Source: Stegostoma tigrinum
Taxonomy: Eukaryota
Reading direction: 5' to 3'
DNA length: 64,000 nt
Assembly: GCF_030684315.1 (NCBI RefSeq)
Contig: NC_081355.1
Location: forward strand, 16,234,761 to 16,298,760
The translations under genes were made by a program, and so were the position numbers. Positions 11,691-23,346 of the stretch are shown here, piece after piece. The notes below the pieces were generated by a model, which was given only the letters and a program-made list of their open reading frames with translations, had not been told where the DNA came from and ran no database searches. Position 1 is the stretch's first letter. The number at the start of each line of letters is the position of its first letter.

Positions 11691-13350
11691 CCTTCCTGCT
11701 CCCCTGATGCTCCTCCAGCTCCATACCTTGTTAACTCTGACTCCAGCATCGGCAGATCTTGCTCTCTCTACATGACATCATGATAGTAGGTGGTGCTTAT
11801 GACACTCCTCGGTATTAACCCATTCACATCTATATATAGCCCCCATAAAGGAGGCAACAAAAGAGAGACTGAATAGAATAAAAATTAGGCATTTAAAATA
11901 GCTCGAAGTAGAATGTCATCTAGCATAGATGTGATGTATAGTAGGTTACAGGGTAAAGGCATGTTGGACGTAACAGGGGCTGTATCCAAAATATTCCAGT
12001 TCTCTTCATGGGGGGCTTACCAAAACTCTGGAGGGTTATAAATGGCAAACCAAATATTCAAACGTAAGAAAAAGGGGGATAAACCAGGTACCCATAGCTC
12101 TACAGTCACTGGTGGGCATCCATCACATACAACAATCTGGACAAATTATACTGTCACTTGGAAGAACTTGGGCTACGCAATGACAGCTCATGTGTATTTG
12201 ACAATGCCACACTGTACCCAATAAACTTGATCAAGTTTGTTGTTTATGTAATAGAGAGGATTGATGAAGGCAGTAGGAAGACGGTGATTGATGTAACAGT
12301 GTACAATCTCAAAAGGTGGTCGAACAAATACCTCGTAATACACTGGTTAGCAAAATTGAAGCCGATGGTATCAAACTGGCACCATGGGTGCAAAGTTGAT
12401 TAAGGAACAGAAAGTAAGGAGGAGTGATCAACTGTTGCTTTCAGACTGGAGATAAGTATACAGTGGTTCCAATTGAGATAGTTATGGTGATCAAAGCTAT
12501 GTTTGATATGAATTAAAGACATGGGCTTGGTTATATGGGCATTATTTCAGTGCAGAAACAGTGAGCGAGATGGCAACAGACAGGCAAAACGAGTAGATTT
12601 TCAACAGAGGTGCAAAGTGATACATTTTGGAGGAAGGCATGACGAGGCAATAGAAATCAAATGGTACACTTTGTGAGATGTGCAGAAGCAACAAAATCTG
12701 GGGCGGAAGTCTTTGCAAGTGGCAGGGCAAGTTGATAAGGCAACTGAAGTTAAAAAAAAAAGTGGGTCCTTCGTTATTGATAGCAGTAGTTTCCTAAAAG
12801 TAGGGGGAAAGAGTTTCAGTTTCATTCTCATTGGTCAGCCAGCCTATTTCATAGGCTTGTCTGCCTCTCTGATGTGGAGCACTCCATAGCAGGCTGCGAC
12901 TGTAGGAATGGCTAAGGACTTTGTTGCTCCAGTAACAAGAGCTCAGGAGTTGGATGTGCCCTCTGACCCCAGAATGTATGGGTCCCGAGGGGAAGGTGGT
13001 GAGCTGGAGACTCAGGTAGAAATGCCACAATTCCTCCTGGCCCTTAGGCAGAGCTTACTTGCATGAAAAATGAGTCTGCAGCAAAAACAAAATGCTTTAA
13101 TTTCTGTTGCAGACAATGTTCTGTGAGTCGAGTAGCATGACTAGATTGGGGAAGGGGGATGTTTAAATGTTTAAGGGAAAAAAAGCAAAGTACTGCAGGG
13201 GATGGTAATCTGAAAGACTTCTGGAGACAGTGGGTCAGGTTACCCGAGAACATAACTTGGTCAACAGTTCAGGAATTCGACCTTTCCTCAGAATTACTGA
13301 TATCCGTACGACAGTAACGCAGAGCAGACTGGGGAAAACAGGCCACTTAC

Positions 13351-13512
13351 AAGACTTCCTGTTCGCACGTGATCTTTTCCTCTCTCTAGGCACAGTTCGC
13401 TGATTTGGCACTTGAGTGGCTGACTTGACAATCCGATCCATTATTTCATCTGCAGCGTCATCTGTGGCATTTGGGGAATCATCGTTGCCTGCTGTGCATG
13501 ACCCAACACGGC
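13351..13512 (-). CDS. FHOD3: FHOD3 coding exon with DAD (DDAADEIMDRIVKSAT) and basic region RERKRSRANRKS
   Basis: DAD core followed by a basic tract. Acceptor ttcag, donor GTAAGT, 162 nt, phase 1/1. Confidence 0.95.
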
Positions 13513-14504
13513 CTGAATGGAGCAAAAGCCATGGGACACTATGAGAGATTTGCAATTTGGTGGCTGAAGTAGCGATATCGAGCATCAGGCTTTAACATGG
13601 ACAGGTGGTGGCCAGGATGCAAAACGACAAGGATGAGAAAAGAGGAGCCCAACACAAGTAGAGAATGTTTGAATACCTTTGGACAGTGTCCTGGCTGACA
13701 CAATGGGGAGGGGAGTTGCTAAGCAGGGGAAGGGTGGCCAAATTTCTGGGCTGCAGTTGGAGTTACAGTGGAGATTTTGACTGCGCTGTGAACGTGGGGG
13801 AGAGCATCTGCAAACTTCCTTATGAGGCTTCTGGGTTAATAAAATAATTCCGAAAGGAGTGGCTCTTATGAATTTCACATCTTTTGACTCGGGCCTGATG
13901 CTATCACCAGGGCACAAGATGTCTGAATGTTAATAGGGCTGTCCCTACCTTTTGGAAATAAATCTCTGTGGTTGGCTAAAAAAATTGAGCTAGTGAGAAG
14001 GTTTTGCTTATCTAGCCCTGATATTTTAAACCTTTGCTTCACTCCCTTGACCTTAATCCACCTGTCGATGAAACCCAGACAACAAAAAAGTAAAATTCTA
14101 TTATTGTTGAGTTCTTTCCATCAAAAATCTTCTACGAAGTTGGATAGGAGCGAATTAAAATTGAGAAGAGTAGACCATTCCACTGCTTCTTAGGCTGATG
14201 TCCAAGAATCCTCAAAAACTGACAGGCGGACTGCCAGTTTAATGCCATTAAAAACATTTTTTGTTGTCTACATTTATTTTTATAAAGTAGGTGCTTCACA
14301 TCTACATATTTCTGATGATCTGGGCACAATGTTATGGCATTCATGACATTAGAGAACGTCAGTCAGCAAGATAAACAAAGGATAGTCTCTCATACCTTCC
14401 TCAGTGCTGTGTTGTCTTTTTATTGAAAAATTTGTGAGAAAGAAGGCTGCAAAAATTATTACCTTTTCATTGGGATTGGATTGCGGTTTGATTCGTAGTA
14501 ATCC

Positions 14505-15661
14505 AATTTTAGTAAAGCTTTTGATAAGGTTCCTCACGGTAGGTTATTGCATAAAATACGGAGTCATGGATTGAGGGTGGTTTAGCGGTTTGGATCAAAC
14601 ATTGGCTAGCTGGAAGAAGGCAGAGGGTGGTGGTTGATGGGAAATGTTTATTCTGGAGTTCAGTTACTAGTGGTGTACCGCAAGGATCTGTTTTGGGGCC
14701 ACTGCTGTTTGTCATTTTTATAAATGACATGGATGAGGGCGTAGAAGGGTGGGTCAGTAAATTTGCAAATGACACTAAAGTCAATGGAGTTGTGGACAGT
14801 GTGGAAGAATGTTGGATGTTACAGTGGGACACGGATAAGCTGCAGAGCTGGGCTGAGAGGTGGCAAATGGAGTTTAATGTGGAAAATTGTGAGGTGATTC
14901 ACGTAGGAGGGAGTAACAGGAATACAGAGTACTCGGCTAATGGTAAGATTCTTGGTAGTGTGGATGAGCAGAGCAATCTCGGTGTCAATGTACATAGATC
15001 CCTGAAAGTTGCCACCCAGGTTGATAGGGTTGTTAAGAAGGTGTACCGTGCGTTAGATTTTATTGGTAGAGGGAATGAGTTTCGCAGTCCTGAGGTCATG
15101 TTGCAGCTGTACAAATCTCTGGTGCGGCTGCACTTGCAGTATTGCGTACAGTTCTGGTCACCGCATTATACGAAGGATGTGGAAGCATTGGAAAGGGTGC
15201 AGAGGAGATTTACCAGGGTGTTGCCTGGTATGGAGGGAAGGTCTTATGAGGAAAGGCTGAGGGACTTGAGGCTGTTTTTGTTAGAGAGAAGAAGGTTAAG
15301 AGGAGACTTAATAGAGACATACAAGATGATCAGAGGATTAGATAGGGCGGACAGTGAGAGCCTTTTTCCTCTGATGGAGATGGCTGGCATGAGGGGACAT
15401 AGCTTTAAACTGAGGGGAGATAGATATCGGACAGATGCCAGAGATAGGTTCTTTACTCAGAGTAGTAAGGGCATGGAATGCCCTGCCTGCAACAGTAGTA
15501 GACTCGCCAAGTTTAAGGGCATTTAAATGGACATTGGATAAACATACGGATGAAAACGAAATAGTGTAGGTTAGATGGGCTTCAGTTTGGTTTCACAGGT
15601 CGGCGCAACATCGAGGGCCGAAGGGCCTGTACTGCACTGTAGTGTTCTATGTTCTATGTTC
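14505..15661 (+). mobile_element. CR1-type LINE, 5'-truncated, relatively young (299-aa RT fragment)
   Basis: VTSGVPQGSVLGPLLFVIFIND...KFANDTK...WQMEFN...LERVQRRFTR. The 3' end has a (ttctatg)n tail. Confidence 0.93.
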
Positions 15662-15878
15662 AAGCCCTTGGATTGAATTTCTTCACCCAATCAAGATGCT
15701 GGGATTGCCCATTGTCAAGCTGATTCTGTCCCTGTGCTGATTGAGGACACAGACTTTGAAAATTCAAGGAAAGTGCTCAAGACACTCAACCGAGACAGTT
15801 TCAATATTGCTGGAGATATTCCTGCCTGCATAACACATTGCACACTTCCAAATCAGCCCATCCCTTTGGCAGCTGATA

Positions 15879-16203
15879 GGGTGGCACGGTGGCTCAGTGG
15901 TTAGCACTGCTGCCTCACAGCATCAGGGACCCAGGTTCGATTGCACTTTCGGGCAACTGTCTGTGTGGAGTTTGCACATTCACCCTGTGTCTGTGTGGGT
16001 TTCCTCCCACAGCCCAAAGATGTACAGGTTAGGTGGATTGGCCGCTAAACTGCCCGTAGTGTCCAGGGATGGACAGGCTAGGTAGATTAGCCATGGAAAC
16101 TGCAAGGTTAGAGGGATAGGTTGGCGGGTGGATTGCTCCTCAGAGGATTGATACAGAATTGATGGACCAAATGGCCTGCTTCCACACTGTAGGGATTTTA
16201 TGA
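15879..16203 (+). mobile_element. tRNA-derived SINE (HE1/V-SINE-like) with CR1-type tail
   Basis: A box tggctcagtgg, B box ggttcgattgc, central tgtggagtttgcacatt domain, tail ...ccacactgtagggattttatga. Confidence 0.88.
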
Positions 16204-16311
16204 CTTTTACATGGAGTTACAATCCTGGCATAGCCGGCTGTGCTGCAAAATATTTTAGTACTCTGCAACTGAGGCATGAGATGAGTTACCAGTGTAAATG
16301 GGGCCTTTTAC

Positions 16312-16492
16312 CTCTGCTGGCTCTTGTTCGGGTCCGCACCCCTGGCACAGCGGTGGTGACTTCGCCACATGGTACGGAGGTTTTCAGAACAGCTTTCATG
16401 TTTTCATGTTCTGCTGCCTCTTCGGCAGACTGCAATCCGTGCGGCTGGCTCTCACCCGAGACAGTTTCAGTGTTGCTGGAGAACTTTCCTGT
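16312..16492 (-). CDS. FHOD3: FHOD3 coding exon (TGKFSS...AEEAAEHENMKAVLKT...RTRTRASRG)
   Basis: The EHENMKAVL motif is typical of FHOD3. Acceptor tgcag, donor GTAAAA, 181 nt, phase 0/1. Confidence 0.92.
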
Positions 16493-18796
16493 CTGCATAA
16501 CAAATCACATACACAAATCACATCATTCCTTTGGCAGCCCATGGGGCTATATTCTTTCACATCTAATGCATACACATACTGCAAGTCCACGAAAACGCAT
16601 ACGCAAGCTTGTGTAACAAAAACAGCATTATCCGAGATCCCATGTGAAGCAACTTTAAAATTAATTTTTCTGGGTGAAGACGACAATTTTGGAGCTCAAG
16701 TGGCTGCTCTGATGGTTCTTGGACAAAATCAGATTTTCTTTCGCTTTCCCAACCCAATATTTTAACAGGTTGGGAATGCTTAGAGTGTAAAATACAGGCC
16801 TGACGCTGCTGAAGTCAGGCGCCCCATTTTAAATGAGGGATGGCAGGCAAACGTCAGATTTTCTCTTGCACAAAACATCCGCCTGGTGGCATGGGGCTTT
16901 TCAAAGGTCCACTAGATGCCCACACAGTTCAAGAGTTTGTGAAGAAAATGGGAAACCTGCAGTAGAATTGGGCACATTCTGAAAAGTTTAACATATTTTG
17001 ACACTATTGAGTGTCACAATTAGGCTCTGTCCTCTTAAGATAATCCTTATTTTGATCAACATCATCCAAGTATTCACTGTCATTAAGAATTTTTCCAATG
17101 AAGAAAATACCATAGTGTATTGAAGAGTACAAAAATGTGACTTCCGTTGTAATGTTATTGCACTCTGACTTAATTGGGCTGGCAAACCTGGCTTTTTAAA
17201 AATAAAATGCTTCTGAAGCTAGGAAATATTAGCTGCACCTTTTTCCATGCCAATGACTGACAGACATTCTGCTTGGAAGTACAACTTGATACCTGTTCTG
17301 TCAGTGGAGCTGGAAGTTTTTGTTACAATAAATATTCTATTGTGAATACTTAGCTGGGTTTTAAAATCTTCGGCTCAGCAGGTGGTCGTATTGGTCTATT
17401 GAAACCTTTGAGTCTCCAATAACAAATTATATATTTGATGTCATTTCTTGTTTGTTTACAAACCTAATAAGTTCTTAAAAAATCTCCAGTATTATTTCGC
17501 CCCTTGAGTTTTCTATTCAAAAACAATGTGTGTCTGAATTCAGGACTTTTTTTAAGAAAACAATTTTTCGAAGTTTAATGATTTTCGGATGATTTTAAAA
17601 TAACCCCTGTTACTGCTCTAAGTTTGCCAAGAGCTGGATAGTACAGGCTAAGTTTGCAATTATGGAGTATAGATACATAGGCGAAAGTGTGGCTTGTTTT
17701 TGAGAGAGGGGATGGTGTCATTGAGAGGATTGAGGTAACCTGAGTGGGCAGGACAGTTTATCAGAGAATTAGAAGTGGCTCAGATCATGGGAGTTGAAGG
17801 GGAAAGATTACGGCTGATGATGCATTGGAAAACTAATATGGTCTTCTAAGTGTTGCATCTCTGCACCCACACTCCTCACACTGTAAATTTTTTGACCAAT
17901 GTGCAGGGACCAACAATCCACACTAAAGTCACACAACGGTCAAGTGTGAGTTTTGAGATCTATAAAAGTGCACAAGTTTGGATTTTCTGAGCCCAGATGA
18001 AAACGAGCCCCAAAGTGTCAACCACAAACACGAAAATGTGGCCCTGCCTTTCAAATATCCTATAACGCCAACTTGTTTACTGGTATGATCACGGAGATTT
18101 TTTAAAAATGATAAGCAACATTCACAGCTATCAGAGGAGTGTCGTTTTTAAATTGGCAAGACAGCAGTTCTTCATACAAAAAATACTGCCCATTCAATGA
18201 TGTCCAAAGAATTGTAAATTTCAGTGTGAAAAGGGAGATTTGCAAGCTCTTCAGACTGGTGCATGAACGTTTGCAGCAGATTTTTGGTCCAGTCTCAAGC
18301 TGAAGTAGCCACTGACTAGGCCAAAATACATACAATTCAATATTAACATCCATCAGCAAAGGCTAATGAAGTCCAGAGGGAGTAAGAAATGAGATCTCTC
18401 AGAACACTGGACTCCAACCTGCCTTTTACACCAGTGGGATTCTTGCATCTGATTGTCCACTTCAGGAACATGCATTTTTTTTTAAAACCAGTCATGAAAC
18501 GTAGGTGCTGCTAACGAGACAGCTGTCTCTCACTAACTGCCTTAAAAAGCTGATGAGCTGCTTTCTAAACTGTTACTGCCTTGCATTCAGGGAGGGGCAT
18601 CTGGGATTTTACCACAGCAGCAATGAAAGAAATAAGCATATGCTCGCAAGTCAGTGCATGAGAAACTTGCAGGAAGATTTGTGGATGGGGGTGTTCCCAA
18701 TACATCTATTGCTCTTGTGATTCCAGATGGTAGATACTGTGGTTTGAAAAGTGCTGTCAAGATTTCTCTCATAGATGGGTGATGCTGCAGCCAGTG

Positions 18797-19100
18797 TGCA
18801 CCAGGGAGTAACAGAGATAATGGGAACTGCAGATGCTGGAGAATCCAAGATAATAAAATGTGAGGCTGGATGAACACAGCAGGCCAAGCAGCATCTCAGG
18901 AGCACAAAAGCTGACGTTTCGGGCCTAGACCCTTCATCAGAGAGGGGGATGGGCTGGGGGTTTATTCCAGAACCCTCACCCCATCCCCCTCTCTGATGAA
19001 GGGTCTAGGCGTGAAACGTCAGCTTTTGTGCTCCTGAGATGCTGCTTGGCCTGCTGTGTTCATCCAGCCTCACATTTTATTATCTTGCACCAGGGAGTAA
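18797..19100. mobile_element. Fold-back PLE-terminus insertion (family A) with 15-bp TSD and hammerhead cores on both strands
   Basis: Near-perfect ~105-bp inverted arms. Perfect TSD tgcaccagggagtaa at 18797-18811 and 19086-19100. Confidence 0.92.
18911..18940 (-). ncRNA. Minimal hammerhead ribozyme motif on the FHOD3 pre-mRNA strand
   Basis: The reverse complement is CTGATGAAGGGTCTAGGCCCGAAACGTCAG, identical to 9151-9180. Confidence 0.75.
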
Positions 19101-22100
19101 ACCTGGTGCACACTGCCTGGTAGTGGGCTGGCAGGTTGCTTTAGAATGGACGGTGTCAAGCTTCGAGAGTTGTTGGAGCTGCACCAAGAACATGGTGCCA
19201 GGTGGAGAGTGTTCCTCCACCTTCCTGAGTTGTGCTTTGTAAATAGTGGAAGCGGTCGTGAGGTGGCAAGGTGAATTACTCAGAGTGCCCAGTCTCTGAC
19301 CTGCACTCATAGCCATTGTATGTGTGTGGTTGGTTCAGTTATCTACCTCATTAGCTGGGACCTGCATGATGTTAATGGTGGAGTTTAGTGATTTGCAGGC
19401 AGGAGAAAATCCAGTCCCAAAAAGGAGATGGGAGTTGTAACCGCACCAGCTCTTCAAATAAGCACCATTACTGAGTGTGAAACACCTTTTTGTTAAAACA
19501 CTTGAAGTGATTTTGTGGCAAAGTTCCATCAATATGACTTTTAACCAAGCTTTGATTTAAGCAAAGAGGTTATACAGGTGGGATCTCCATAAAATATTTA
19601 AAATGGGACTAAAAGTTTAGTTTAAAAGATTGAGTTTAAGACCTAGGTGCAAATTTGGTACATCATATACTCAGCGGAACTCCGTGTTGAACATCAAAGC
19701 CAGTAGTCCTTGCAAAGTGGCTGCTGCTAACCAATCCTGACAAAGGAAATCCTGGCTTTCTCAAGGATTGTAGTGGAACTAGAAGGAAGCATGGAAGCCT
19801 CGAGGTTTAATGGTATGGCTGAACTGCTGAAGGCCACACTGCAGTAATGGGCAACCAGCTGACCATTAGACCAACATGCAGCCTTGGGAAAATCGGAAGA
19901 TTAATAATTCTGACAAGAGAGTTTCACCTTTAGCATGGTCACGTGTGTGTGTGTGACAGAGAGTGCGTGTAGAGGGTGGGCAGGAATGTATGGGGTGAGG
20001 ATGGGGAAAGACTGCACATGTGGGGGGGCTGAAGGTGGGTGACTTGGGGCCTGTGGTTGGGGGGGGGGGGGGAAGAAAAGAGAGAAACAGTGTCAGGGAA
20101 TGAGGGATGAAGGGGAGGTTGTGGTGGCGTGTTTGTGTATTTACAAACAGCAATTGCAGATGGGCCCCTCAACTTTACAAAGATGCTGGAGCTGTTATCG
20201 TTTCAAAAGGCACCTTTAACTTCTAAATGCTCCTCTTGGTCCTAAATACGCTGAAGTCAATAAAATCACTTTCTCTGAAATCCTGCTGCTGAGGATGAGC
20301 TAATGTTCAACCATGCTACCATCTTGTGTCCCTATGCATCTACATGAGAAAGCAAGACCCACATGAAACATCATGTTACCAGATGCAATGAGGCAGACAA
20401 ACACCAAACACTTTTAGGTGTCAAGCTCTTTGCTACCTTTTGATTTTAAAGTGACAGATATTTTGCTTTAGTTCCAACAAGGAAGTCTTTTTGAAAAATT
20501 GTTTGAAAGATAAAGGAGCAGAATTTGGTATAAAAATAACAGTGTGAATATTTGGTGCCCCAAGTTATTTTATGTTGACATCTAAAACGCTTCAGGCTAA
20601 GGATGTGCAGTTAAAGGAATACATCTGAATATCTTTCATGCACTGTTCCTCTGGATGTTGCACAAAAACAGCTCAGCACCTTGTGGCTACCCCATTCAAA
20701 CATCATGGATGATATGACATCCTTAAGTACTGAGTAACCATTTCCAAAAAAAAGTCAGGACTTTTCCATTTCAGCGGGAAAGTCTGAAATTGAATGGCAA
20801 AAAAAACAAGTTGCTGCAATTGAAAATCGATTTTTCACGAGTATGGAATCTCATTCTCACACATTTTAATAGTTGCAGATGCTTTTTCACATTGAGTTTT
20901 TGTACTTTTTATTCATCTTTATTCTCTCTTAGTCTTAATCCAATCCAATTTGCATTCCTTGCTCAAGGCTCTGTATTCTACACTAACCGCTTAGACTGAA
21001 GATTTGTTTCAGACAAACACATTGCGCTTGTCCAATACACTAAGTTCCCAGATGCCATGTAGAGGGCACCGCATGTATTCCATCTCCCACACGCATCCCT
21101 TTCTGCAAATGCTCGTACAGATGGGCAGGGACAAACTTAAAAGGGTGAGCACCATCCTTTTTGGATTGCAGCCAATTCAGGCCAGTATTACTAAATTCAT
21201 CATCAAATATAACTAAAACTGGACCTCATTTACAGTGTAGAATAAGCAGGATCACGGAAAGAGGTTGTAGAGGTAAATTTTGGATTTCTTTGACAAAGAG
21301 ATGGTACGGACAGTGGACTGAACAGTCTCCTTCGGCGCTTCATGCTTTTAAACTTTTTAAATCAACACTTTTCTTTCATCAAAATAAACATGTGGAAGGA
21401 TCAGTGGAACATCGGAATATCAATGAACTGTTCAACCAATACAGTCACTGCAAATTGACCATCAACAGTCATAGCCAAGTCACATTTTAACAGATGTCTT
21501 GCACTTTCACACATTTGGTTATTGTTCACAGATGACATTAAAGACAAGTCCGTCATTTACAATAAATGAAAATTAAGTAAAAGCATTTACTTTCAATCAT
21601 GACATTGGCAGATTTGAGTTTTTGAGGACGAAAGTGTTACTTGATACAATGTAAATCCTTCATTCCATTATGTAGTTAAAATCCAAGGCTTCAAACGTAT
21701 GCTTTGAGAAACTACAAATTGTATCAAGTTCCAGCAGCCTATTTATAAACGTTATTCGATATTTTCTTTTCTCAGACAGTGCCAGATCTATTGGAACTTG
21801 CTGAACTAAATTTTATTATTAAAAACAATCTATACAGCATTAAGAATCTCCTTGCTGTATAAATATGGGAAATACAACAAGCATAAAGCCTGTCAGGTAT
21901 TCAGAAAGGTTTAGTTGGGGATTTTGTTGTCTAAAGTACTGAGGAAAGAATTTTCTCAAAGAAGTGATATGCAACAACTAAGAAAAAAAAGGGGAAAAAA
22001 TAACCATGTATCATCTTACACAAAGGAATTTCAAATGCAGAAGCCTGAAATATGCAATACCAGTTTAAGAAAAGACACGGAAAGTAAATATTGAACACAG

Positions 22101-22181
22101 GAACCCGAAAAGAGACTGAGGAAATTCTGTGACACCTATATTTGGAACGAATCACAATCCGTCACAATGATCAACCAACAA

Positions 22182-22366
22182 ATTAGTGCATCAGAAGTTC
22201 CCTAGGCATTAAAACACATGAAATTACGCTGTCAAAACACTCCAGCACACTGCCGTAGGTTAAAGCTATTTGAAAAGATGCAATTCAACCTGAGGGCTTG
22301 GGTTGCAATTTGCTAATGTTAGCCGTGCATTGTGATAACAAAGGTTAGAATCAACATGATATTAGT
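22182..22366 (-). promoter_or_regulatory. Candidate intronic splicing enhancer cluster downstream of the microexon (QKI-type ACUAAY)
   Basis: ACTAAT at 22361-22366 and 22182-22187, and CTAAC at 22344-22348 and 22318-22322, all on the transcript strand. Confidence 0.5.
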
Positions 22367-22420
22367 AAGAATCTGTGCCCACAAGACAGTAGGCACCACA
22401 ATCGCAGACAGTTGCCATAC

Positions 22421-22444
22421 CTCACCATCATCTTCATCATCAGT
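22421..22444 (-). CDS. FHOD3: FHOD3 24-nt alternative microexon encoding TDDEDDGE (striated-muscle T(D/E)5XE insert, CK2 site)
   Basis: Minus strand reads ...ctcccatctctctttcag|ACT GAT GAT GAA GAT GAT GGT GAG|gtatgg. Phase 0/0, at the position after ...MITD where the mammalian cardiac isoform carries T(D/E)5XE. Confidence 0.9.
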
Positions 22445-23346
22445 CTGAAAGAGAGATGGGAGGAGGAGAAGGTGGTGAAAAAGAATGCCATAATATACAG
22501 GGATAAAAATCAAAAACTAGGAATGTAGCAAAAACAAATTTGCAAACTGGCCTGAAATATAAAGGAGGGATGGAAACACATCGTCCACATTACCTGATAG
22601 CAGGCATTACTGAATAATGCAAGCTAAAGTATAGAGCTAATAACTGAATAAAGTTAATTGCTTCACCCCTTTTATTTACTTTTTGACAACAAAAAAGTAC
22701 AATTCAGCATATGCAAGTTGCTCAGCTGTGTGTTCAGTCAGAGCTCACTAAACACTTGTCAATACTCATCTGAATTCACCTAATTTCCTCTCGTGCTGAG
22801 CCGAGATAGTGATTTTGCAGCAAACCACGACAACATTGTGCATCCATAGAGTAAATAACCCTGTTGATTTGTGTTTTCCTTTAAATTATGATATTCCATC
22901 GTTTTGATATTTCAAATACGTCAGCAGTGAATTGGAGGTTTTAAGATAAAAAGAACGTGTGGTTTACAATGACTGAAATGGAAAGAGCTCCCAGCACAAA
23001 GCATCCAACAGTAATAGCAAAGGGGTCTAGCAAACTACAAAGATGTTTAAATTGGCAGTGGGTCAAGTTAGTATACAAGTTTATAAACATGTGGGGTCAC
23101 TTCAAACTAGAAAATTACTGAAATCCTACACGTGGGAAAAGAAAAGAAAAGAGTTGCTAAAAAAAAGTGGCAAGGCTAGCATTTATTGCCCATCCTTAAT
23201 TCATCTAAAATAGGTGATTGTGAGCCGCTTTTTGGAACAGCTGCAGTCCATGTGGTATTGTACACATCTGCACTGCTGTTGGGGAAAAGGTCCAAGAACA
23301 AATTAAATAGTACAGCTCAGTTATGGACAATGGTTGACAAAGAAAA

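Larger units (their letters stand above)
10450..12790 (+). mobile_element. Highly decayed CR1 LINE remnants, interrupted by other insertions
   Basis: Patchy similarity to CR1 ORF2 (aaaagggggataaaccaggta, gatgaaggcagt, gcagggcaagttgataagg). Confidence 0.5.
18650..19380 (-). mobile_element. Decayed non-LTR retrotransposon 3' fragment, split by a fold-back insertion
   Basis: ORF 19080-19316 contains IYKAQLRKVEEHSP...LSKLDTVHSKA, resembling a LINE ORF2 C-terminus. Confidence 0.55.

Noticed and set aside
14627-15526. 299-aa ORF as an active reverse transcriptase gene
   Set aside because: It is a 5'-truncated CR1 whose catalytic motif reads FAND instead of FADD, and the C-terminus is frameshifted.
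15879-15960. tRNA genes at the SINE heads (also 25951, 43915, 50327)
   Set aside because: A/B boxes run directly into SINE body and LINE-like tail, and no complete cloverleaf was evident.
19925-20140. GT/G-rich stretch producing proline-rich ORFs (possible FH1-like exon)
   Set aside because: It is low-complexity microsatellite and G-run sequence downstream of FH2, where no FH1 exon is expected, with no supporting splice phase.
22421-22426. Alternative donor GTGAGG inside the microexon
   Set aside because: Its use would give a 19-nt frameshifting exon. The downstream GTATGG donor preserves the frame and the known 8-aa motif.
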